Shown here piece after piece: positions 44,563 to 51,187 of a stretch of DNA of 51,187 bases. The stretch lies in the IMG/VR virus record IMGVR_UViG_3300027752_000028, positions 1 to 51,187 of that record; one strand, written 5' to 3'. The stretch comes from a virus. Its lineage: Duplodnaviria; Caudoviricetes. The notes beneath the pieces are model-generated. The model saw only the letters and a program-made list of their open reading frames with translations. It did not search any database and was not told the DNA's origin. A program made the position numbers and the translations under genes. How positions within the stretch are numbered: position 1 is the first letter of the stretch; each line of letters begins with the position of its first letter.

Positions 44563-45027
44563 TTAATCGTAATCAACATATGTTATGCAAACTTCCCCGC
44601 CATTTACAAGCACATCTGCAATTTGAGGATAGATTCTTTTATAGGCATCTGTTGAAGAACCAAGAAAGCCATTTTTAGTAATGTTTTGAGTTTGAGAATC
44701 CCCCACAAGTAAGCAACCCTCACTATCTAAATCTGTATTTCCGATATGGATAAGTATATATTCAAAGTTGGGTACATCTCTAACCCATAGCATACCTTTA
44801 TTAAAATCAGAGCCAAACCTCTCTGTGTATCTTTCATTAAAACCTCCCTCTGTACGCAAGGTAATGTTGTAAGTTCCCGATGGTATTCTAGTTTCTCCAC
44901 TGACTTTAACCTCTCTAAACTCATCCTCTAAAGTGTAGCATAAGAAAATTGGCTTGTCTGTAACATCAAACAACATCCCTAATGTAGAATTAGATTTTGA
45001 ACTGAACCTTTGGACTTGTAATTTCAT
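44563..45027 (-). CDS. DUF5675-like L,D-peptidase, putative endolysin
   Basis: STLG, CYTLED, ETRIPSGTY, ILIHIGN...SEGCLLVG (His/Cys catalytic pattern). Confidence 0.85.
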   Translation of the reverse strand: MKLQVQRFSSKSNSTLGMLFDVTDKPIFLCYTLEDEFREVKVSGETRIPSGTYNITLRTEGGFNERYTERFGSDFNKGMLWVRDVPNFEYILIHIGNTDLDSEGCLLVGDSQTQNITKNGFLGSSTDAYKRIYPQIADVLVNGGEVCITYVDYD

Positions 45028-45149
45028 TATTTAATTTGAGATAATATGTAATCTATCAATATAAACCACAAAATTAATGTAATACCCATAACCGCAAAAC
45101 AAGATATTGGTTTTCCATATCTCCATAAGATTTTTTTTACTCTTTTCAT
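45027..45149 (-). CDS. 40-aa membrane protein in the lysis cluster (not in ORF track)
   Basis: MKRVKKILWRYGKPISCFAVMGITLILWFILIDYILSQIK; TAATG-coupled to the lysin. Confidence 0.65.
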   Translation of the reverse strand: MKRVKKILWRYGKPISCFAVMGITLILWFILIDYILSQIK

Positions 45150-45159
45150 ATATTTAAAA

Positions 45160-45447
45160 TTATCTATATTTTAGTCTTTCGTTTTCCTTTTCCAAATATT
45201 CAACCTTAGTTCTTAGTGATGCTAATTCTGTTGAAATTTGAAGCAGACTGTCTTTACAACTTTCTTTTTCATTTTCTAGCTTATCCACTCTTATTATTAA
45301 GCTATCTCTGAAAATTGTTTGTTCAGACCTATTCTCTTTGTTTTTCTCACGTTTATTTTTAATAATAAACTCGTAAAACTTAAATCCCCCCGCACCAAAA
45401 ACAACTGAAATAATAGTTATTATTATTGTCGTTATGTTATCGTTCAT
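45160..45447 (-). CDS. N-terminal TM plus coiled coil; holin/lysis accessory candidate
   Basis: IIITIISVVFGAGGF, then heptad repeats; upstream of the lysin. Confidence 0.7.
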   Translation of the reverse strand: MNDNITTIIITIISVVFGAGGFKFYEFIIKNKREKNKENRSEQTIFRDSLIIRVDKLENEKESCKDSLLQISTELASLRTKVEYLEKENERLKYR

Positions 45448-45869
45448 AATTTATTTATTTCTTTATGTAAAATCTCATTCTTTATCTTAAACCATATCCA
45501 AATCCACATTAAAGCATACCATATTGTTATAAGCAAATTTTTGTAATCTATAATTTCAAATCCTACGCTCCAATCTATATTCAGTAAATATCTTATTGTG
45601 CTAAACAAATAAAGACAAAGATAACCGCTAACAAAATAAATCATTCGTTTATACTTATGTATAGATATTAGCATCGACAAACTAAAAACAAGAAACGCTA
45701 AATACAAAAAATAGGTATCTCCTTGCCCCGCTTCAACCCAATATTTATGAGTAGTCCACAAAACTTGATTGTTAAGAGTATCACTAGAAATCCAAAAAAA
45801 CAATAATGGTTGGAAATCAAAATATACTAATGTGTCTCTAAGTTTTTTAAAATATATTTTTATAGGCAT
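45444..45869 (-). CDS. Multi-pass membrane protein; holin candidate
   Basis: Three to four hydrophobic helices; lysis-cluster position. Confidence 0.65.
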   Translation of the reverse strand: MPIKIYFKKLRDTLVYFDFQPLLFFWISSDTLNNQVLWTTHKYWVEAGQGDTYFLYLAFLVFSLSMLISIHKYKRMIYFVSGYLCLYLFSTIRYLLNIDWSVGFEIIDYKNLLITIWYALMWIWIWFKIKNEILHKEINKL

Positions 45870-45884
45870 TTGAAGTAAATATAT

Positions 45885-45907
45885 AAAAAAAAGGGCAAAA
45901 AGCCCTT
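45885..45907 (-). terminator. Rho-independent terminator ending the early operon
   Basis: Minus strand AAGGGC-TTTTT-GCCCTT-TTTTTT. Confidence 0.75.
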
Positions 45908-45932
45908 AATTTATTCTCAAGTATAATATTTG

Positions 45933-46415
45933 TTATTTAATAGTGAATTTAGCTTTGTAGCTACTATTCGAGTATTTGCTAGTTCTTTCAAATATCATAG
46001 TGTAACTCCCTTTTTCAGATAGTACACCTAATACTTTTGCCAATTCTTCTTTACTAAAATACAGCGAACCCGATTTAGTAAAAAATACTTTTTTAATTGT
46101 TTCAATATTACCGCTTGGTGTCTTTAGCTTGATGCTTTCAAAAGTTGCTTCTATGCTATTGGCTTTTTTAGTTTGATATTCGTAAACGTGAATCATTAAA
46201 GATGTATCATCTTTTACAAACTTAAAAGCACATTCGCTATTGGTAGTGGCTGAATTACTAAAAGTTCCCGTAGCCATAAAGGTTTCATAACCATCAGTTG
46301 TTGTGTCGCCAAAATCATCTACATAGTATTTTTTAACCCATTGTGCATTTGCTGATTGAAAACCTAAAAGTAGGATTGCGATGATAATTGTTTTTGTGTT
46401 TTTTAAAAGTTTCAT
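45933..46415 (-). CDS. Exported protein with a Sec signal peptide (ANA|Q)
   Basis: MKLLKNTKTIIIAILLLGFQSANA-QW; Gln at +1 is typical of Bacteroidota. Confidence 0.8.
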   Translation of the reverse strand: MKLLKNTKTIIIAILLLGFQSANAQWVKKYYVDDFGDTTTDGYETFMATGTFSNSATTNSECAFKFVKDDTSLMIHVYEYQTKKANSIEATFESIKLKTPSGNIETIKKVFFTKSGSLYFSKEELAKVLGVLSEKGSYTMIFERTSKYSNSSYKAKFTIK

Positions 46416-46438
46416 TTGTTTTTAGTTATTAGTGATTA

Positions 46439-46864
46439 TTATTCTTCTTGATTTTCTATTTCGTCAATTATATTGGTTTGATTTGGGTCTAAAAAAACTT
46501 CGGGCAATGGCTCGTCTTTATGTTTTTCATAAATTTCATCTTGCCAAGTTGTTGATGTCCTAACATCAGTATTTTTTTTGCCAAACAACTCAATCTGCAC
46601 CTCTGCAATAGCTTTTAAAATTTCGGTGTCTATGATGGTTTCTTCTTTAGAGAAGTACTCTAAAAACCTCCAAAGAAGCCCGTGCATACGAGGTGCTAGT
46701 TTAAAAATACGAGCATAATCTTCCGACTTAAAATTATGATGTATAGTTGCAATAACATTATCGTTCTCATCAACGATGTGAAATGGTGCGTGTGGAACAC
46801 CACTTTCTTTGACTATTAAATTATCCTCTACCATATCTATTATGATTTTGTGTGGATTATCCAT
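46439..46864 (-). CDS. Hypothetical acidic protein
   Basis: 141-aa ORF in the operon. Confidence 0.75.
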   Translation of the reverse strand: MDNPHKIIIDMVEDNLIVKESGVPHAPFHIVDENDNVIATIHHNFKSEDYARIFKLAPRMHGLLWRFLEYFSKEETIIDTEILKAIAEVQIELFGKKNTDVRTSTTWQDEIYEKHKDEPLPEVFLDPNQTNIIDEIENQEE

Positions 46865-47070
46865 TCTAACAAAGAACCCATAGTAACCTTTACCGCCCCT
46901 AATCCAAAATATTTAGGGTCTGAATCAAAATAAACAAGTTTTCCGTTTTTGTGGTCGCCACCCTCAAAGTCCATAAAACCACTTTTTCTTTTGTAAGATT
47001 GCATAGTTATTAAAACACTTTGCAGTTCCTCTTTTTTTATTGTTCTTTTTACTCTGTTATTCTTTCCCAT
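46840..47070 (-). CDS. Hypothetical protein
   Basis: 76-aa ORF overlapping both neighbours. Confidence 0.65.
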   Translation of the reverse strand: MGKNNRVKRTIKKEELQSVLITMQSYKRKSGFMDFEGGDHKNGKLVYFDSDPKYFGLGAVKVTMGSLLEWIIHTKS

Positions 47071-47456
47071 AGCTTTTGAAAAAAATTCTTATCGTTAGTT
47101 TCTTTTAATTCGTCTTGTAATAAATCAGATTGAATTGGTTGAGGTTTTTCTAACTCTTTTTTAATTTCGGTAAAACCCTCTCCAACACTTGTAAATAAAT
47201 CTTGTTGTGATAGTGGTCTATCTCCCTCGACTAACTCAACATCTAATAGCTTATATTTACCATACTGACAACTATTTCCGAACCTATCTCTGATAGTTAT
47301 AGGTATAGTTACTATATTATGCCCTTTCTCTCTTAAACAGAATATAATAGCACTCAATCGAGTTGCACTATATAAGTTGATTGCTTCTAGCGAAGTAATT
47401 GTTTTGCCACCTCTAAGATGTTGCATTACCATTTTGGTTTTTGTTAGTTTTCCCAT
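47049..47456 (-). CDS. Winged HTH protein (HTH_39-like)
   Basis: HLRGGKTITSLEA...RLSAIIFCLREKGHNIVT...Y.L. Confidence 0.8.
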   Translation of the reverse strand: MGKLTKTKMVMQHLRGGKTITSLEAINLYSATRLSAIIFCLREKGHNIVTIPITIRDRFGNSCQYGKYKLLDVELVEGDRPLSQQDLFTSVGEGFTEIKKELEKPQPIQSDLLQDELKETNDKNFFQKLWERITE

Positions 47457-47473
47457 TACAGATTATTTAATTA

Positions 47474-47662
47474 TTAATTAAGATTTATATTTTCTTTGTA
47501 AACTCTGCTACCAACTGCATAACCCGAATCCCAAAGTTTTTCTCCCGACCCTATTCCTACTACTGTATAATACTCTTTGTTTTCAGCTACTATCTTATCT
47601 GTATAAACAGAGTTTCCTTTACTATAAGTAATTGTTCTGTCTTTAAATACTATTGCGGTCAT
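47474..47662 (-). CDS. Small hypothetical protein
   Basis: 62 aa; TATATTTG box upstream at 47713-47720. Confidence 0.65.
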   Translation of the reverse strand: MTAIVFKDRTITYSKGNSVYTDKIVAENKEYYTVVGIGSGEKLWDSGYAVGSRVYKENINLN

Positions 47663-47712
47663 AACTCTTTCTTTTTTGTGAGGGCTTATTTCCTCGTTAT
47701 TTGATTACCAAA

Positions 47713-47720
47713 CAAATATA
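47713..47720 (-). promoter_or_regulatory. Candidate -7 promoter box (TATATTTG)
   Basis: CAAATATA on the + strand in an intergenic gap. Confidence 0.55.
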
Positions 47721-47762
47721 ATAAAAGTTATTTTAAAAAACAACAATTTATTTCTAATTTAT

Positions 47763-48023
47763 TTAACCCAACCTCCATAGTCTAATTCCTTTGTCATCTT
47801 TCCTTATAGCCCAACTCGTTTTTTTAGGTAGTGTCTGTAACTTATAAGTAGTTAATCCTCGCCTTATTTTTTCTGACAAATTCTTTCTCTCACTTGGCTT
47901 ACAAAGAAAAAGTTTATTATCTCCAAAATTCATTTCATCAAGACCAAACTCTTTATACTTATCGTCTCTATAAGGTGTGTTTTTATCTATTTTAAATTCC
48001 ATAATATTTATTTTATTCTCCAA
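47763..48023 (-). CDS. Small basic protein (paralogue of the 48008 C-terminal half)
   Basis: M..GD..L...R....G.R.WR pattern shared with 48008. Confidence 0.7.
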   Translation of the reverse strand: MENKINIMEFKIDKNTPYRDDKYKEFGLDEMNFGDNKLFLCKPSERKNLSEKIRRGLTTYKLQTLPKKTSWAIRKDDKGIRLWRLG

Positions 48024-48391
48024 ATTCTTAAACCTCCATCTACAATTCTTGTAGAAAATTTTTTAAACAAAGAACGATTTTTTTGTCTGTATCTTAATGC
48101 AGAAACATTAAACCTACTTCTCCAAGTATTTGCATCTTCTCTCTCACAAGGTATAAGAAAACTATCTCCAATCTCCATATCAGAAAAAGGAAATTGAGGT
48201 ATTTTTTTTTCTTTGTTAAGTTTTTTTACCCCCTTAGAATCTTGTGCTTCTTTATAATCTTTTGCAATTTTATCTACAAGTTTAAATGCTTCATTCATAC
48301 CATCTACAAATCCCGAACATTCCTCCGTAGTATGTCCGTCATCATTATACTTTTGTAGTATTCTTTCTTGTGCTTCTTTAGTAACTATCAT
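48008..48391 (-). CDS. Small putative DNA-binding protein
   Basis: FPFSDMEIGDSFLIP...FSTRIVDGGLRIWRIK. Confidence 0.7.
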   Translation of the reverse strand: MIVTKEAQERILQKYNDDGHTTEECSGFVDGMNEAFKLVDKIAKDYKEAQDSKGVKKLNKEKKIPQFPFSDMEIGDSFLIPCEREDANTWRSRFNVSALRYRQKNRSLFKKFSTRIVDGGLRIWRIK

Positions 48392-49131
48392 AATTCTATA
48401 ATTTCTTTAATTTTAATATCTTCGGGATTAACAATAACTTCTTCTTCATCTCTATTTAGGAATATTGATAAAATGTCATCTCTTTTAACAACCGCTTCTA
48501 TTAATATAGCTTGAGAAACACCCGCTTGTGCAAATCTTTCTGCAAACCATATAGCTTTGTCTTTGTTAAGGGTAAATGAAAGCCCTATGTTATCATCATC
48601 TAACACATCATCTACTTTGACACCTCTCCAAATTTTAACTTCGTTAGGGAGTGAATTTAAAAGTTCTAACTCATCTTTATCTAACATTAATTTTGAGTTT
48701 TTTCTAGCGTAGAACAAATCTAATAAATCACGATAGTTAGAGAAGCCATTCATAGGAAATTCAGTCATCATATAAGCATCTTTTAAGAAATTGTAATACT
48801 GCTTATCATCTTTAATTAAGTCAATATTTTCTTCAAGCCAATTAAGTCTAAAAGGTTTTTCTACTAGCATAAACACTTTATCCCAATTCTGTTGTTCTAT
48901 TGCTTTATCTAATTCTTGTTTCTTAAAGTTTATCTTTTGAACATAAGCATCTCCAAAAGTTTTAGCATCTAATCCTTTAGGTAGGATTGCTCTTTTAAAA
49001 TCTTCGGGAATTACTTGGTCAAGTTCTCCAAATACCATTTCATTCAGTAAAGGATGTTTAATAAAACGCATACCACCACTAAAATCTCTAATATAAAAAT
49101 CTAAATCCTCTCGTGTAATTTTATTTACCAT
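48388..49131 (-). CDS. ADP-ribosyltransferase-fold protein (R-S-E clade)
   Basis: KIWRG, GLSFTL, EEEVIV triad at ART spacing. Confidence 0.6.
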   Translation of the reverse strand: MVNKITREDLDFYIRDFSGGMRFIKHPLLNEMVFGELDQVIPEDFKRAILPKGLDAKTFGDAYVQKINFKKQELDKAIEQQNWDKVFMLVEKPFRLNWLEENIDLIKDDKQYYNFLKDAYMMTEFPMNGFSNYRDLLDLFYARKNSKLMLDKDELELLNSLPNEVKIWRGVKVDDVLDDDNIGLSFTLNKDKAIWFAERFAQAGVSQAILIEAVVKRDDILSIFLNRDEEEVIVNPEDIKIKEIIEL

Positions 49132-49417
49132 AACCTAATCCTTTTTTCCATTCATCTTGAAGTGAACCTTGTCTTTGTTTATACTTTAAACCTCTATATT
49201 GTGGCTCTATTTCTTGTATTTTTGCTCTTGCCCTTTTTATACTTGGTGCTAAAGACAATTTACCATTTGCATAAAGACTTAAAAAATCTTCTTTTATCGC
49301 TCCAAGTTGAGTTATCTCACTATGCCAAATATTTGCAGTCAATCTTAAATCGTTATCCTTTAATGTAGCATCACGATTCAACCAATATTTTATTTTCTTT
49401 TCTAAATTTACTTTCAT
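49121..49417 (-). CDS. Hypothetical protein
   Basis: 98 aa; SIKRARAKIQE...YRG. Confidence 0.7.
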   Translation of the reverse strand: MKVNLEKKIKYWLNRDATLKDNDLRLTANIWHSEITQLGAIKEDFLSLYANGKLSLAPSIKRARAKIQEIEPQYRGLKYKQRQGSLQDEWKKGLGYGK

Positions 49418-49419
49418 AA

Positions 49420-50040
49420 CTATATACCCCCCTCTTTTATTATATTATCTAACTTTTTAAATTCGTTTTCTAAATCCTTTATAACTTTATGATATTTATT
49501 AAAAGCGTGACAAGTTAAATCTAATGAATCAAATGAATCTTTATTCAATATGCCATTTACAAAATCATTATGCTCTCTATAATACATCAACATTTTTTTA
49601 GGATTAAAGTTATCAGCACTCATAGATTCAGTAATATTAGAAATTCTATCACATAGCTTAACTACAATAGCTTTTGGATTGTCATAAATCTTTTTATAAG
49701 TTTTAGACTTACGCTCTTTTCTGTTTCTACCAAGTTCATCAGTAACACAATAAACTATTTCAGCAACTTCTTCTCCAAAGTTTTCTTTAACATCTTTATA
49801 AGTAGCCTCTGTATCTTCTATAACATCGTGTAACAAACAACTCATTAATATAGATTCATCTGTATAATCACAATCTAAAGCTACATCACTTACTTTTTTT
49901 AAATGATACATATATGGTTTAGACCCATACCATTGACCCTTGTGATGTTTAGAAGCAAAATCCCAACAATCTAAAAACATTGACATCCTTTTTTCATTAT
50001 TATCCATAAACCGCCACTCTTTTCCTACGTTAATACTCAT
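49420..50040 (-). CDS. HD-domain hydrolase, SpoT/Mesh1-like small alarmone hydrolase
   Basis: A..HHKGQ, PYMYHL, LLHDVIEDT, FG.EVA..V..VTD, VKLCDRISN. Confidence 0.85.
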   Translation of the reverse strand: MSINVGKEWRFMDNNEKRMSMFLDCWDFASKHHKGQWYGSKPYMYHLKKVSDVALDCDYTDESILMSCLLHDVIEDTEATYKDVKENFGEEVAEIVYCVTDELGRNRKERKSKTYKKIYDNPKAIVVKLCDRISNITESMSADNFNPKKMLMYYREHNDFVNGILNKDSFDSLDLTCHAFNKYHKVIKDLENEFKKLDNIIKEGGI

Positions 50041-50405
50041 TACAAATTATTTAATTGATTAATACTCTCTGAAAAATCTACTCCACCAATAATGTGATTT
50101 GGTTCTTCCTTTTCTATTTCTTGCGAAATCTTCTCATACACCTTTGAAAGATTACCTTTTAACTCTATTGGTTGATGAAATACCAATTCGTGAGATATAT
50201 AAGTGTATTTTACATAGTCGTTTGATTCCAAGTCTAAAAACTTTTGAAAAGACTTTATAATTACATCTTTATCTCCATACATCATTAAACCATCATCAAC
50301 ATTCATAGTGAACTCTTGCCCACCTTTTTTCTTCCAATGGAAACTACCTTCATAATGACCACGATTTTCTTCTACTTGCGTTAAAATTCTTACTTGTAAT
50401 TTCAT
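50040..50405 (-). CDS. Hypothetical protein
   Basis: 121 aa; TQVEEN...HWKKKGGQEF. Confidence 0.75.
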   Translation of the reverse strand: MKLQVRILTQVEENRGHYEGSFHWKKKGGQEFTMNVDDGLMMYGDKDVIIKSFQKFLDLESNDYVKYTYISHELVFHQPIELKGNLSKVYEKISQEIEKEEPNHIIGGVDFSESINQLNNL

Positions 50406-50442
50406 TTGTTATATCTTTTAAGTGATTATAAATTTATGTTTT

Positions 50443-50634
50443 CTAAGTAAAATTAGAGATTTGCATTATTTCTTCTCTACCTCTTAGTGTAGTCTTACCA
50501 TTCTCAACAACACTTAAATTGTAGTGAGAACCAATTATGATAGTTTCGATGTAACGCATCATTTTAATTCCATTATTGAATTTTAGATTAGTTAAGTTCC
50601 CCGTTGAAGTGTTTTTAACTTGTAGCACCATCAT
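50443..50634 (-). CDS. Small hypothetical protein, first gene of the minus-strand arm
   Basis: Track ORF 50443..50694; likelier start MMVLQ at 50634 because the promoter box lies at 50683-50690. Confidence 0.6.
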   Translation of the reverse strand: MMVLQVKNTSTGNLTNLKFNNGIKMMRYIETIIIGSHYNLSVVENGKTTLRGREEIMQISNFT

Positions 50635-50682
50635 TTTTCTTTGTTTTAGTTGAGGTTTCACACCCTCGTTATTAATACAATA

Positions 50683-50690
50683 CAAATATA
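50683..50690 (-). promoter_or_regulatory. Candidate -7 promoter box (TATATTTG)
   Basis: CAAATATA on the + strand. Confidence 0.55.
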
Positions 50691-50740
50691 GCAATTATCT
50701 TTAAGAACAACAAATTATTCTTTAAGTATTTAAGCGAGTT

Positions 50741-50869
50741 TTTCCGTATAGAGTATTTCTTTTTTAAAATAAATAAAATACTCCCTCTTTTCTGAATAAT
50801 TTTTCGTATCGAGCATTTCCTTTTTAAAATAAATCAAAATGCTCGGTGTTTAATAAAATAGTTTCCGTA
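50741..50869. repeat. Imperfect 60-bp tandem repeat, each full unit containing an inverted repeat
   Basis: ttt(c/t)cgta at 50741, 50801 and 50862; GAGTATTT..AAATACTC (50751-50783) and CGAGCATTT..AAATGCTCG (50810-50845). Confidence 0.8.
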
Positions 50870-50899
50870 AAGGATTTCGCCCAAGGGGTAATCAAGGCA

Positions 50900-51187
50900 T
50901 TTAAAGTTAATCTAATGGCTTTTCTTCTAGTCGGTGGCTTGTTCCTTCGCTTCGCTCCCAAAGGTCTGTCCTTCCCCCAAGTTTTAGACTCACGGGCTTT
51001 CACTCGCTCCCCCTTCCCTCAATCTTTCACATCACTTCTTAGACACTTTAGATATATCACACACATATTCATATCACTGTCCCTTAAACACTCTCTTAAA
51101 CATCTCCCCTTTAGTTTATCTCTCTCTCTCTTATATTTCTCTCTCTCTCTTTTCCGTTAAATAACTATTGCTCCGCCATCGCTATTG
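50900..51187. other. Non-coding pyrimidine-rich tract with (CT)n; possible origin or genome-end region
   Basis: Strong C/T skew on the + strand, much higher C than the rest of the window, and no credible ORF. Confidence 0.45.

Noticed and set aside
524-49368. Other short opposite-strand track ORFs (e.g. 524..787, 8986..9447, 17197..17634, 19034..19423, 36092..36615, 49162..49368)
   Set aside because: They lie antisense within longer, motif-bearing, operon-consistent genes.
50846-51160. 104-aa ORF at the right end
   Set aside because: It is an S/L/F-rich translation of a CT-rich tract with composition unlike the real genes.
1-51187. Eukaryotic giant virus or polinton-like virus origin
   Set aside because: Operonic overlapping genes, Rho-independent terminators, TAnnTTTG boxes, peptidoglycan hydrolases, RecT and RusA all point to a bacterial host.
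1-51187. tRNA/rRNA genes, integrase, transposase, or stop-codon recoding
   Set aside because: None was recognised; intergenic gaps are short and the standard code already gives dense coding. A tRNAscan/Infernal run would be needed to exclude small RNAs.

Overview
This AT-rich, gene-dense 51 kb window looks like part of a large tailless, internal-membrane dsDNA virus genome with a probable Bacteroidota host. Host evidence: TAnnTTTG -7 promoter boxes, no Shine-Dalgarno motifs, a CarboxypepD_reg-like domain, a DUF5675-like lysin and a Gln+1 signal peptide. I see no terminase, portal or tail genes. Instead there is an FtsK/HerA (A32/P9-type) packaging ATPase, a probable jelly-roll major capsid gene with a split paralogue, more than 40 small single-helix membrane proteins, a repeat fibre and membrane-anchored wall hydrolases. 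The left arm holds polyvalent effector genes and a MoxR AAA+/vWA-like pair. The minus-strand right arm holds RecT, a PD-(D/E)XK nuclease, a 233-aa PolB-like palm, lysis genes and early genes including an ART-like and an HD (SpoT/Mesh1-like) protein. The most striking feature is a 1614-aa ORF built from about 22 unrelated cassettes, mostly about 55-75 aa, separated by [MFYL]-x-x-G-G. All 15 AKGG junctions use the identical 11-mer GCTAAAGGTGG, one cassette pair is duplicated exactly junction to junction, and one cassette is a RelA/SpoT synthetase. This suggests a protease-processed, recombination-shuffled effector polyprotein array. All family calls come from motif recognition by eye; no database searches were run.
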